A stretch of 63,308 nt of DNA, the filler included. It is 4 parts of 4 records of this genome, joined end to end, with 100 filler letters (N's around TTAATTAATTAA, not from the genome) between each part and the next. Parts side by side here need not be neighbours in the genome. Positions count along the whole stretch, not along the records: positions 1 to 25,120 come from DRR723986_5295; 3 more parts are not named here. One strand, written 5' to 3'. The notes below the pieces were generated by a model, which searched no databases, was not told where the DNA came from, and worked only from the letters and a program-made list of their open reading frames with translations. Below are positions 9,610 through 19,217 of this stretch, piece by piece. The stretch's first letter is position 1, and each line of letters opens with the position of its first letter. The position numbers and the translations under genes are program-made.

Positions 9610-10760
9610 CCTCCACAACCGCCTATCTCTGCAGCCGGGTTTTCGATGGTGAGAAAATCCATGCGAATGCTGCCCTGCTTGTCGAAGATGGCAAGGTGGC
9701 TGGCCTTCTTTCTGCCGATCAGGTGCCAGTTGGCGTAGAGACTGTCGATCTTGGTGACGGCATTCTCGCACCGGGATTGATCGATCTGCAGGTCAATGGC
9801 GGCGGTGGCTTAATGCTGGGGGATGCGGAAACAGTCGACGATATCGAACGTATTTGCGCCGCCCATGTCAGCCTCGGTACAACAGCCCTGACACCGACTT
9901 TGATCACGGACACGCCCGAGGTGACGCGAAAAGTCGTCGATCTGGCAATTGCCGCATGGTCGCGGGGCGTGAAGGGGTTTCATGGTCTGCATCTCGAAGG
10001 GCCCCATCTGTTCGCGGGGCGCAAGGGGGCGCATGACCCGAATCTGATCCGGCCTTTGAACCGCGAAGACATGGCGCTTTATCTGCGCGCGGCGCGGGAA
10101 TTGCCAAGCCTCATCATGACTGTGGCACCGGAAACGGTGCCGCCAGAACAGATGCGAGAATTGGCTGACGCGGGAATTCACGTCAGTCTTGGGCACAGCG
10201 GGGCCACATACCGGCAGTGCAAGACAGCGGTTGAAGCGGGTGCTTCGATGGTCACCCATCTTTTTAACGCCATGAGCCCGTTGCAACACCGCGAACCCGG
10301 CCTTGTGGGGGCCGCGCTCGATCTGGGTGCGCTCAACGTGGGCATCATTGCAGATGGTGTCCACGTCGATCCGGTCGCGATGCGGGTTGCGCTCAAGTCA
10401 AAGACTGGCCCGGGCAGAATCTTTATCGTTACCGACGCCATGTCTCAGACCGGCACCGATGTTACGTCCTTCTTTCTCGGAGGTCGGGAAATCTTTCGCC
10501 GCGATGGCACATTGACCCTCGAAGACGGCACACTTGCCGGCGCCGATATAGATTTGCCGGCGTCCTTGAAGTTTCTCACCGGTACACTCGAGCTTCCGGT
10601 TGAAGCTGCTCTTGCAATGGCGACCAGTGATCCTGCGGACGTTCTCGGGCTCCCGCTCGGTCGTTTCGAAGAAGGTTATCCGGCTGACTTCGTACAGCTT
10701 GGCAATGCCTATGAGGTCGAGGGCGTATGGATTGCGGGAGAGCAATTCTCGAATACGTAG
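9606..10760 (+). CDS. nagA: N-acetylglucosamine-6-phosphate deacetylase
   Basis: PGLIDLQVNGGGG, GLHLEGP, LGHS, THLFNAMS, IADGVHVD, VTDAM, GTLAGA; ATG 9606 overlaps the upstream stop (ATGA). Confidence 0.95.
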   Translation: MTSTTAYLCSRVFDGEKIHANAALLVEDGKVAGLLSADQVPVGVETVDLGDGILAPGLIDLQVNGGGGLMLGDAETVDDIERICAAHVSLGTTALTPTLITDTPEVTRKVVDLAIAAWSRGVKGFHGLHLEGPHLFAGRKGAHDPNLIRPLNREDMALYLRAARELPSLIMTVAPETVPPEQMRELADAGIHVSLGHSGATYRQCKTAVEAGASMVTHLFNAMSPLQHREPGLVGAALDLGALNVGIIADGVHVDPVAMRVALKSKTGPGRIFIVTDAMSQTGTDVTSFFLGGREIFRRDGTLTLEDGTLAGADIDLPASLKFLTGTLELPVEAALAMATSDPADVLGLPLGRFEEGYPADFVQLGNAYEVEGVWIAGEQFSNT

Positions 10761-10826
10761 CCCGGCATATATGCTGGTGGTCTACATACTGCGCCGAACT
10801 TGTGGGATTGGCAGCGCGTTCGCCGG

Positions 10827-11735
10827 TTAGGTCTTGTCGACCTTTTTCAGCGTTGAGCGAACGTTTGGAAGTGTCAGCAGCGTATTCGGTATTTGCAGCA
10901 ATTCCTTGAAGAAGCGGCTGACCAATGTTCCGCGGCTTGGCGTATAGGGCGATGAAATGAACGATTTCAGACCCCAGCCAATACCGCCAACATTTGGAAG
11001 GGCGCGGATAGCGGTTTCGTAACAGCGCCGAACCAGCGCGGAATCACTGTTCTTGAATGAATGCAGCAGGCCGCAACGCTCCATGTCACGCTTGAATTCC
11101 TTCGAGATGACCGAGGTTTCGCGTTTCGTGAAAGTCCAATTGATGTTGATGTTCTCGTCTTCCTTGGCAACCACCCGGTGGTACCAATGTGGAGGCAGAT
11201 AGAGAAGATCACCTTCCTCCAGATCGAATTTGTAGAATCGCTTGTTCCGCAGCAATCGCTCTTCGTCTTTCAGTAGAGAGAAGTTGGTGAACGGGTAGCA
11301 CGGTAACGGTGTTTCGGGCGAAACCAGTACCCATTCCTTACGGCCCTTCACCTGAACTGTAATGACATTCTCGGCGTTGGTGTCGTAGTGGAACTCTGTC
11401 CGGTTGTTCCTGCTGTTGATCCAGAACCTCCAGGCAACGGAATCTTGCATTATCCGATCGGACGCGAGGATCTCCTTCAGGAAGTCCGGCATCTCGATAT
11501 CTTGTTCGAGTACGGGGGAGCGGCTGACGAAAAAGACACCTCTGTCGCGGACCTTTGGTAGCGTATGGAGTTCTGCTCGTAATCGGCCGGATTGCCACTT
11601 TTCCCGCGCGGGCCAGTTTTTTGCTAGTCCCTTAATCAGCAGGGGCTGTTCCTTGTCGCAGTAGGCTTCAAGAAATTCGGCATAACCTGGTGCTGCGGTT
11701 ACGGTGGCAATGGTGTGTGTGTTGTCGCCGCTCAT
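10827..11735 (-). CDS. JmjC/cupin-like Fe(II)/2-oxoglutarate oxygenase
   Basis: PLLIKGLAKNWPAREKW, TEFHYD (HxD), QVKGRKEW, LEEGDLLYLPPHWYHRV (distal His); start 11735 or 11747. Confidence 0.85.
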   Translation of the reverse strand: MSGDNTHTIATVTAAPGYAEFLEAYCDKEQPLLIKGLAKNWPAREKWQSGRLRAELHTLPKVRDRGVFFVSRSPVLEQDIEMPDFLKEILASDRIMQDSVAWRFWINSRNNRTEFHYDTNAENVITVQVKGRKEWVLVSPETPLPCYPFTNFSLLKDEERLLRNKRFYKFDLEEGDLLYLPPHWYHRVVAKEDENININWTFTKRETSVISKEFKRDMERCGLLHSFKNSDSALVRRCYETAIRALPNVGGIGWGLKSFISSPYTPSRGTLVSRFFKELLQIPNTLLTLPNVRSTLKKVDKT

Positions 11736-12099
11736 AAAAGGTACCACGCATTTGAAGATTTGCGGGTTCAGGGGCGCTGGATCTAGCTGCGATTTTCCAT
11801 GATGCTCCCTTTGGAGAAATCACGATAGGAGCAACCTGGAGCTTTATCAAGAAGCGCTATTCAACAACGCAGAGCCAATGGAGGCGCGATCTTCGCTATA
11901 AACGTAGCCAGGAAATGTTGTTTAGGAAGATGGCGCGGAACGTTACTGCTGCGAAAGACGAGCTCGCATCAAATGGCTGTCGTTTTTTGAGGCGTGCAGA
12001 TTGTTGCAAGATCAAACGTGAATAAGATCAACCTGGACACTGAACGGTGCCCCAGCCTTCAGAAATGCAGCATTTGGGAGGATTAAGAAGAGGTGGTGA

Positions 12100-12175
12100 T
12101 GGCTCCCCAGGCCGGACTCGAACCAGCGACCCAGCGATTAACAGTCGCTTGCTCTACCAACTGAGCTACTGGGGA
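12100..12175 (-). tRNA. tRNA-Asn(GTT)
   Basis: Reverse complement TCCCCAGTAGCTCAGTTGGTAGAGCAAGCGACTGTTAATCGCTGGGTCGCTGGTTCGAGTCCGGCCTGGGGAGCCA: 76 nt, D loop, GTT anticodon, TTCGA T loop, CCA. Confidence 0.97.
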
Positions 12176-12223
12176 TCACCACGCTCGGGGCCAGCGCGTT
12201 GCCGCCCCGTCGATGGAGATGCG

Positions 12224-12252
12224 TATATCAAAGGCTTGATCCGTTTGCCAAG
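12224..12252 (-). promoter_or_regulatory. Putative sigma70-type promoter of tRNA-Asn
   Basis: Minus strand CTTGGC-N17-GATATA resembles the alphaproteobacterial CTTGAC-N17-CTATAT consensus. Confidence 0.4.
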
Positions 12253-12521
12253 CCCCCGAGGGCGTTTTTTTCATCAAGCCGTCATTTTTTTGATCTCAGT
12301 GTGGAAAACTCGATATATTTCAGATGGCTAGGCGTTCTGTCGAGCTTGGAAAACCCTACGTTTCGCGACGATTGGAACACCCCGGGCAGGCTAAATCGGC
12401 TGTGCCTTTTTCTGACTTTGTCGCAATAAGGCGTCCGTGTTGACTGCCTGGCCGATTTTCAAGGTTAGTCGTCAGCGACTTTCTGCTGCTTGTGTCGGCC
12501 TCAAGATACGTTTAGGAAGAA

Positions 12522-12714
12522 ACCGACGGTTCCGGAAAAGGCCTTGCCTGATCCGGATGAAACGGGAATCCGGTGCGGTCTTTTTCAAGTCCAGATCCGG
12601 AGCTGCCCCCGCAACTGTGAGCGGTGAGTGGCTGTACGAAAACCACTGGCGTCCTGATGGGGCCGGGAAGGGGTACAGACCGCGCTGAGCCGCAAGCCAG
12701 GAGACCGGCCGTCA
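12522..12714 (+). ncRNA. Cobalamin (B12) riboswitch
   Basis: GACGGTTCC...AAACGGGAATCCGGTG...ATCCGGAGCTGCCCCCGCAACTGT...CCACTG...GGGAAG...AGCCAGGAGACCGGCCGTC (B12 box), directly upstream of cobP. Confidence 0.95.
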
Positions 12715-12760
12715 CATTGTCAACCCTATGGCGCTGTCGGGCGGACGGCTGGGAGAAGGA

Positions 12761-13312
12761 ATGACGCATTCAAACGGCGAGAGGACGACGCTGGTCCTCG
12801 GCGGTGCCCGCTCCGGAAAAAGCCGGTTCGCGGAAAAGCTTGTCCATGAAACCGGTCTGCAAAAAATCTATGTCGCGACTGGTGCTGCCCACGACAATGA
12901 AATGGCCAGCCGGATCGCCGCTCATAAAGATCAACGCGGCCCGTCCTGGCTCACCGTGGAAGAACAGCTCGAACTTGCGGCCGTGCTTGAAAACGAATGC
13001 AGGCAAGACCGGGTGGTTCTTGTTGACTGCCTGACCCTGTGGCTGTCGAACCTGCTGTTTGCAGACAAGGACATCCCCGCCGAAACGGCGCGGCTTTGCG
13101 CGGTTCTGAAGGATCTTCAGGGGCCGTGCGTTTTCGTTTCCAACGAAGTTGGTATGGGGATCGTGCCGGAGAACCGTCTGTCGAGGTCGTTCCGCGATGT
13201 GCAGGGACGACTGAACCAGGATATGGCGCATAGGTGCCAACAGGTCGTCTTCGTTGCTGCGGGCCTGCCGATACTTTTGAAACCCACATCACAACCGGAT
13301 ATCAAATTATGA
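12761..13312 (+). CDS. cobP: Bifunctional adenosylcobinamide kinase / cobinamide-phosphate guanylyltransferase (CobP/CobU)
   Basis: LVLGGARSGKSRFAE, YVAT, VLVDCLTLWLSN, VSNEVGMGIVP; ATG 12761 after GGAGAAGGA. Confidence 0.95.
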   Translation: MTHSNGERTTLVLGGARSGKSRFAEKLVHETGLQKIYVATGAAHDNEMASRIAAHKDQRGPSWLTVEEQLELAAVLENECRQDRVVLVDCLTLWLSNLLFADKDIPAETARLCAVLKDLQGPCVFVSNEVGMGIVPENRLSRSFRDVQGRLNQDMAHRCQQVVFVAAGLPILLKPTSQPDIKL

Positions 13313-14433
13313 CCACTTCATCCCTGCAGCCGGGCGCAAAAATTCCGGCAACGATCGTCACTGGGTTTCTCGGAGCAGGCAAGACCACGCTGATCCGCAA
13401 TTTGCTTACCAACGCCAATGGCAAACGCATTGCCCTAATTGTCAATGAGTTTGGGGACATGGGCTTCGACGGTTCCCTGATGAATGGATGCGCTGATCCC
13501 GATTGCGCCGCGGAAGAGGTGGTTGAGCTTACTAATGGCTGCATATGTTGCACCGTTGCCGACGATTTCCTGCCAACCATGGAAATGCTGCTCGCGCGGG
13601 ACAATCCGCCGGAGCATATTGTTATCGAAACCTCTGGCCTGGCTCTGCCGCAGCCGCTCGTTCGCGCCTTCTCCTGGCCGAGCGTCAAGCCGAAGGTAAC
13701 GGTAGATGGTGTTGTCACGGTGCTGGATGCTGCAGCACTCGCCGAGGGTCGGATCGCACTTGATGAAGATGCACTTGCCGCGCAGCGTGCCGCCGACGAG
13801 GCTCTTGATCATGACAGTCCTGTTGAAGAACTCTTCCACGACCAATTGCGTTGCGCAGACCTCGTCGTTCTCAACAAGGCTGATCTCGTCTCCGAAGACG
13901 CTTTGAAGCAGGTGCATGAGAAGATCGCCGCCGATGTTCGTCCGGCGGTTCACGTGGTGACATCCGAAAAAGGCACGCTTCCGATTGAAGTTCTGCTCGG
14001 CAGAGGCTCTGCTGCTGAGGACGATATGGCTGATCGGCACGAGCATCATCACCATCATGATGACCACGACCACGACCATGACCATGACCACGATGATGAT
14101 CATGATCATCACCATGACGACCATCATCACGATCATCACCATCACGATGATTTTGAAAGTCACGTGCTGGCAGTCTCGTCTTTCGCCAGCCTGAAAGATG
14201 CAGAGGCAAAGGTTCTGGAAGCCATGGCGCAAAAAGGCGTCCTGCGTATCAAGGGGGCCGTAAAAATCGAGGGCAAGGCAGCACCTGCAATGGTTCAAGC
14301 TGTCGGACCGCGTGTCGAAACCTGGTTCGCCGCCGGCGCCGAGAGCAGCGGCAGATTGGTCGTGATCGGTTTGAAGGGCCTCGACCTGACTGCGGTTCGT
14401 GGCCTGCTGGGTGAATTGACGGCTGCTGCCTGA
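13309..14433 (+). CDS. cobW: Cobalamin biosynthesis G3E GTPase metallochaperone CobW
   Basis: KIPATIVTGFLGAGKTT, NEFG, GCICC, ETSGLALP, LNKAD, His/Asp tract; ATG overlaps the cobP stop. Confidence 0.95.
   Translation: MTTSSLQPGAKIPATIVTGFLGAGKTTLIRNLLTNANGKRIALIVNEFGDMGFDGSLMNGCADPDCAAEEVVELTNGCICCTVADDFLPTMEMLLARDNPPEHIVIETSGLALPQPLVRAFSWPSVKPKVTVDGVVTVLDAAALAEGRIALDEDALAAQRAADEALDHDSPVEELFHDQLRCADLVVLNKADLVSEDALKQVHEKIAADVRPAVHVVTSEKGTLPIEVLLGRGSAAEDDMADRHEHHHHHDDHDHDHDHDHDDDHDHHHDDHHHDHHHHDDFESHVLAVSSFASLKDAEAKVLEAMAQKGVLRIKGAVKIEGKAAPAMVQAVGPRVETWFAAGAESSGRLVVIGLKGLDLTAVRGLLGELTAAA
14038..14151 (+). repeat. Low-complexity CAY/GAY codon tract encoding a His/Asp-rich segment of CobW
   Basis: 38 codons, 22 of them His: HEHHHHHDDHDHDHDHDHDDDHDHHHDDHHHDHHHHDD. 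Confidence 0.9.
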
Positions 14434-14467
14434 CACGCTGGATAGAAGCTGGAAATAAAGACCAAGC

Positions 14468-17400
14468 ATGCACATTCTCGCCAGCCAGACGCGCCGGATC
14501 GATGACGGTGGGGACGCGGTCGATCTCGGCCAGTCTCCAGCCGACATTCTGTTCCTGTCCGCTGCAGACACCGAACTGGGAAGCTTTGCCGCTGCGCAAT
14601 CACGGCTTGGAACAGGCCGGGCAGACCTGCGGCTCGCCAATCTCATGGCCCTGTCGCATCCCTATTCGGTCGATCTTTATGCCGAACAGACCGTCCGTGG
14701 GTCTCGGCTGATCGTTCTGCGAATTCTGGGTGGAGTGGAGTACTGGCGCTACGGCCTGGAAAGGTTTGAAGAAGAAGTCCGCGCGAATGGCATCGATCTG
14801 ATTGTCATTCCAGGCGACGACAAGTGGGACGAAGAACTGACGTCTCGCTCCACCCGATCACCAGCGGAAGTGCATCGCTTCTGGCGATATTGTGTGGAAG
14901 GCGGCGCGGAGAATTACGCCAATGCCTTGAGATATGCAACGCACCTGATCGGAAAGGGAGAAGAGCCCGCGCATCCGGTGCCTCTTCCTCGCGCGGGTAT
15001 CTATCTTGCTGGCAAGGCCGCCCCCGATATAGCGCAACTGAAGGCCTCCTGGCGGGATCCTGAAAGACCTGTTGCAGCGATCACTTTCTACCGTGCTCTG
15101 GTGCAAGGTGCCCAAACCGCACCACTGGATGCGTTGATCGCTGCTCTCGACAAAGCCGGCGTAAATGCACTGCCGATCTATGTTTCCAGCCTGAAGGAAG
15201 CGGAATCCGTCGCCGTTCTGGAAAGCCTGTTCGATGAGGCACCGCCTGATGTCGTGTTGAACGGTACTGCCTTCGCCGTCTCGAAGGCCGGAGTAGCCCA
15301 TCAGCCGACACCGCTCGATCGACCCGGCAAGCCCGTGTTGCAGGTCGTCTTTTCGTCTTCCTCCAAAGAGGGCTGGGAAGACAGCGATCAGGGCTTGTCG
15401 ATACGTGACCTCGCCATGCATGTCGTTTTGCCGGAGATTGACGGCCGGATCTTGACCCGTGCTGTCTCCTTCAAGGAAGAAGGGGTCTTCGATGAGGCCA
15501 CCCAGTCGACGCCGGTTGCCTTTACGCCTGTTCCGGATCGGATCATGTTTACCGCGGCGCTTGCAGCTGCCTGGGGGAAACTCGGTCGGAAACCGGCTGC
15601 AGCCAAGAAGTCGGCCCTTATCCTGGCAAACTATCCGAACCGAGACGGGCGTCTTGCCAACGGTGTAGGGCTCGACACGCCTGCGTCATGCGTTCATTTG
15701 CTCAAGGCCATGGCCGCCGCGGGCTATGACGTCGGCAAGGTTCCAGCAAGCTCCGCCGATCTGATGGAAATCCTGACTTCGGGCGTAACCAATGCCCTGG
15801 AGGGCCGATCAGGCAAGGAAGAGTATCAGGCTTTGTCGCTTCAGGACTACGAGCGCTCCTTCGACACGTTGCCAGACGTTGTTCGGTCAGCAGTTGTTGA
15901 TAGTTGGGGAGCACCGTCGGACGATCCTCATGTAACGGACGGCCATTTCCGCCTGGCCCTGCACCGGTTCGGCAATCAGGTGGTCGGTATTCAGCCGGCG
16001 CGTGGCTACAACATCGATCCGAAGGAAACCTACCACGATCCGGCATTGGTACCGCCGCACCACTATTTTGCCTTCTACATCTGGCTGCGAGAACAATTCG
16101 CTGTCGATGCCGTCATTCACCTCGGCAAACACGGCAATCTGGAATGGCTGCCCGGCAAGGCACTGGCCCTGGCTGAAAGCTGTTTTCCGGAAGCCGTTCT
16201 GGGGCCAATTCCGAACATCTACCCTTTCATCGTCAATGATCCAGGCGAGGGGGCGCAGGCCAAGCGACGGACTTCGGCCGTCATCGTCGATCACCTGACA
16301 CCGCCTTTGGCCCGGGCGGAGAGCCATGGCGTCGCCGAAGAGCTGGAGACGCTGCTTGATGAGTATTATCTGGCGAGCGGCGTTGACCCGCGCCGCCTTA
16401 AGGCATTGACGCGGGACATCCTGGACACTGCTGCGCGGCATGGTCTGGACAAGGATATCGGTATTACCGAGACCATGGACGAGGAAACCCGCCTTGCGCG
16501 CCTCGACGCTCACTTGTGCGACCTGAAGGAACTGCAGATCAGGGACGGGCTGCATATTCTTGGCGAAAGTCCCGAAGGCGATCTTCTGATGGATCTGCTG
16601 GTTGCGTTGGCAAGGGTACCGCGCGGCAACAGGCCGGAACAGCAGAGCCTGCAAAGAGCCATCTCTTCGGACCTCGGTTTTGAAGGATTTGATCCACTGG
16701 ATTGCGATTTTGCTGCCCCCTGGCAGCAGGGTCGACCGGAGCACCTCGCACATGTTCTGGAGGTTCCCTGGAGATCGCAAGGCGATACCGTTGAACGTAT
16801 CGAGCTTCTTGCCCGCGAAATCGTTGCGGGTAATCGCGGAGTGCCTGAGGCCTGGCAATCGACCCTTGCTGTTCTGGATGATCTAAACCAGGTTCTGCGA
16901 CCGGCTGTAACCGGCTCCGGACACGCTGAAACAAGCGCAGTGCTGACGGCATTGGAAGGTGGGTTCGTTGCCCCCGGGCCGTCCGGCGCGCCTTCGCGTG
17001 GGCGTCCGGATGTGCTGCCCACTGGCCGGAACTTCTACTCCGTCGATGTACGTGCGGTGCCGACCGAAACCGCGTGGCGGCTCGGCTGGCAATCCGCATC
17101 TCTCATTGCAGAACGGTACTTCCAGGAAGAAGGCGAATGGCCGAAATCGCTGGTCCTGACATGTTGGGGCACTGCCAACATGCGAACCGGAGGTGACGAC
17201 ATTGCCCAGGCGCTGGCGCTTATAGGGGCGCGTCCAGTGTGGGAGCAGGGTTCGGGTCGTGTCACCGGGTTCAAAATTCTGAAGCTTTCAGAGCTTGGGC
17301 GACCGCGTGTCGACGTTACCTTGCGGGTTTCCGGGTTTTTCCGCGATGCCTTCCCGCATCAAATGGATCTTTTTGACAGCGCCGCCCGTGCGGTCGGTGC

Positions 17401-18226
17401 GCTTGAAGAACCGGACGAAGCCAATCCGATTGCCGCACGAATGCGATCGGAAAGTGCACGGCTTCAGGCTGAAGGGCTGGACAAGAACGAAGCCGAACGC
17501 AGGGCCGGGTTCCGTGTCTTTGGCTCAAAACCGGGTGCCTATGGTGCTGGTCTGCAGGCGCTGATCGACGAGAAGCTTTGGGAGGAACGTTCGGATTTTG
17601 CCGATGCCTTTCTGACATGGGGTGGTTACGCCTACGGTGGCGGTGCGGAAGGCTCCGTCGCCAGGCACGATCTCGAAACGAGGCTGAAAACCGTGGACGC
17701 AGTCCTGCACAATCAGGACAACCGCGAACACGATCTTCTGGACAGTGACGACTATTATCAGTTCGAGGGCGGACTGGCAGCGACTGTCGAAGCACTGAAA
17801 GGCGAAGCACCGACGGTCTACCACAACGACCATTCGCGGCCTGAGCGTCCGGTGGTCCGCACCCTTTCGGAAGAGATCGGCCGCGTGGTGCGCGCTCGTG
17901 CGGCAAATCCGAAGTGGATCGCAGGTGTCATGCGGCATGGCTACAAGGGCGCGTTCGAGATGGTTGCGACGCTCGACTATCTGTTCGCATTTGCCGCGAC
18001 CACCCGGGCCGTGGGAGATCACCATTTTGACCAGCTGTATGATGCCTACGTGGATAACCAAGAAGTTCTGGATTTCCTCAAGGACGCCAATCCGGCGGGT
18101 CTCAACGAAATGCTGGACCGCTTTCATGAAGCAATTGAACGCGGCCTCTGGACGCCGCGGCGCAATTCGACCCATGCTGGGCTGAATGATTTGAAAACAA
18201 GACTGGAAGGGACGGACGCATCGTGA
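14468..18226 (+). CDS. cobN: Cobaltochelatase subunit CobN
   Basis: 1252 aa; FLSAADTEL, LANGVGLDTPAS, HLGKHGNLEWLPGK, LPTGRNFYSVD, DSDDYYQFEGG, MRHGYKGAFE. Confidence 0.97.
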   Translation: MHILASQTRRIDDGGDAVDLGQSPADILFLSAADTELGSFAAAQSRLGTGRADLRLANLMALSHPYSVDLYAEQTVRGSRLIVLRILGGVEYWRYGLERFEEEVRANGIDLIVIPGDDKWDEELTSRSTRSPAEVHRFWRYCVEGGAENYANALRYATHLIGKGEEPAHPVPLPRAGIYLAGKAAPDIAQLKASWRDPERPVAAITFYRALVQGAQTAPLDALIAALDKAGVNALPIYVSSLKEAESVAVLESLFDEAPPDVVLNGTAFAVSKAGVAHQPTPLDRPGKPVLQVVFSSSSKEGWEDSDQGLSIRDLAMHVVLPEIDGRILTRAVSFKEEGVFDEATQSTPVAFTPVPDRIMFTAALAAAWGKLGRKPAAAKKSALILANYPNRDGRLANGVGLDTPASCVHLLKAMAAAGYDVGKVPASSADLMEILTSGVTNALEGRSGKEEYQALSLQDYERSFDTLPDVVRSAVVDSWGAPSDDPHVTDGHFRLALHRFGNQVVGIQPARGYNIDPKETYHDPALVPPHHYFAFYIWLREQFAVDAVIHLGKHGNLEWLPGKALALAESCFPEAVLGPIPNIYPFIVNDPGEGAQAKRRTSAVIVDHLTPPLARAESHGVAEELETLLDEYYLASGVDPRRLKALTRDILDTAARHGLDKDIGITETMDEETRLARLDAHLCDLKELQIRDGLHILGESPEGDLLMDLLVALARVPRGNRPEQQSLQRAISSDLGFEGFDPLDCDFAAPWQQGRPEHLAHVLEVPWRSQGDTVERIELLAREIVAGNRGVPEAWQSTLAVLDDLNQVLRPAVTGSGHAETSAVLTALEGGFVAPGPSGAPSRGRPDVLPTGRNFYSVDVRAVPTETAWRLGWQSASLIAERYFQEEGEWPKSLVLTCWGTANMRTGGDDIAQALALIGARPVWEQGSGRVTGFKILKLSELGRPRVDVTLRVSGFFRDAFPHQMDLFDSAARAVGALEEPDEANPIAARMRSESARLQAEGLDKNEAERRAGFRVFGSKPGAYGAGLQALIDEKLWEERSDFADAFLTWGGYAYGGGAEGSVARHDLETRLKTVDAVLHNQDNREHDLLDSDDYYQFEGGLAATVEALKGEAPTVYHNDHSRPERPVVRTLSEEIGRVVRARAANPKWIAGVMRHGYKGAFEMVATLDYLFAFAATTRAVGDHHFDQLYDAYVDNQEVLDFLKDANPAGLNEMLDRFHEAIERGLWTPRRNSTHAGLNDLKTRLEGTDAS

Positions 18227-18861
18227 CCGCCGACAAGGACAAGCCGGAACTGACCGAAGAAGAACTCAATGCCCGCCATGCCGAGAAGATGCGCAAGAAA
18301 AAGGCCGCACGTGACAAGATCATGGCGACCAAGACCATCGAAAAGGGCTTGCTGATCGTCCACACGGGCAAGGGCAAAGGCAAGTCGACAGCCGGTTTCG
18401 GAATGGTGTTCCGTTCTCTCGGTCACGGCCACAAGGTGGGCGTGGTGCAATTCGTAAAGGGGCGGATCGAAACCGGTGAGCGCATGGCTCTGGAACGGTT
18501 CTCCGATCTCGTCACGATCAAACGGATGGGTGAGGGGTTCACGTGGGAAACACAGGACCGGCAGCGGGATATCGATGCGGCGAACGAAGCCTGGCAAGCC
18601 GCCAAGGACATGATCACATCCGGTGAATACCGCCTGATCCTGTGTGACGAGCTCAACATCGTTCTGCGCTACGATTATCTGGACATCGCCGAAGTGGTCG
18701 ATTTCCTGAAGAACGAAAAACCGGACGATGTGCATGTCGTCATCACGGGGCGCAATGCCAAGGACGAGCTGATCGACATTGCAGATCTTGTCACCGACAT
18801 GACTCAGATAAAACATCCCTTCCGGTCTGGTGTGAAACCACAGGAAGGCATCGAGTTTTAG
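18223..18861 (+). CDS. cobO: Cob(I)yrinic acid a,c-diamide adenosyltransferase
   Basis: VHTGKGKGKSTAGFG, GEGFTW, LCDELN, VITGR, KHPFRSGVKPQEGIEF. Confidence 0.96.
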   Translation: MTADKDKPELTEEELNARHAEKMRKKKAARDKIMATKTIEKGLLIVHTGKGKGKSTAGFGMVFRSLGHGHKVGVVQFVKGRIETGERMALERFSDLVTIKRMGEGFTWETQDRQRDIDAANEAWQAAKDMITSGEYRLILCDELNIVLRYDYLDIAEVVDFLKNEKPDDVHVVITGRNAKDELIDIADLVTDMTQIKHPFRSGVKPQEGIEF

Positions 18862-18911
18862 ACCCGGGCACTTGGATCACGAAACCCAGAGGTAATCAAA
18901 GGGGATCGAGG

Positions 18912-19211
18912 ATGAGCAAGCTATTCGATCACAGTCTTCGCACGGCCTCGCAGGCGCATGTGGAAACGGTCCGGAAATACGAACTTTACCGAACCGTTGT
19001 CGAATTTCTGGCTGCATTGACGTTTCTTGTCGGCAGCGTCTTCTTTTTCTACGACAGCCTGATGTACGCAGGAACATGGTTGTTCGTGATCGGATCGGTT
19101 CTCTTTGCCGTTCGGCCGACGGTTCGCTTGATGCTGGAACTGCGGCTCGCCAATCTTCCGGTGCCAAGCGAATTTCGGCCATATGGCGCAGCACCATTCG
19201 GCAAAGATTGA
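18912..19211 (+). CDS. YrhK-like small membrane protein
   Basis: 99 aa, two TM helices FLAALTFLVGSVFFF / AGTWLFVIGSVLFAVRPTVRL; GGGG/GAGG RBS. Confidence 0.75.
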   Translation: MSKLFDHSLRTASQAHVETVRKYELYRTVVEFLAALTFLVGSVFFFYDSLMYAGTWLFVIGSVLFAVRPTVRLMLELRLANLPVPSEFRPYGAAPFGKD

Positions 19212-19217
19212 CGTTGC

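Noticed and set aside
11783..11810. AGGGAG RBS followed by a 5-codon ORF (MENRS*) upstream of the JmjC gene, as a possible peptide substrate or leader
   Set aside because: Too short to support; out of frame with JmjC; no conservation evidence available.
12045..12060. ggtgccccagcc resembling the tRNA-Asn 3' end (possible att remnant)
   Set aside because: Match is short and imperfect; no integrase in view.
13435..14646. 403-aa antisense ORF with a hydrophobic M/V/I run
   Set aside because: The run is just the reverse complement of the CobW His/Asp codons.
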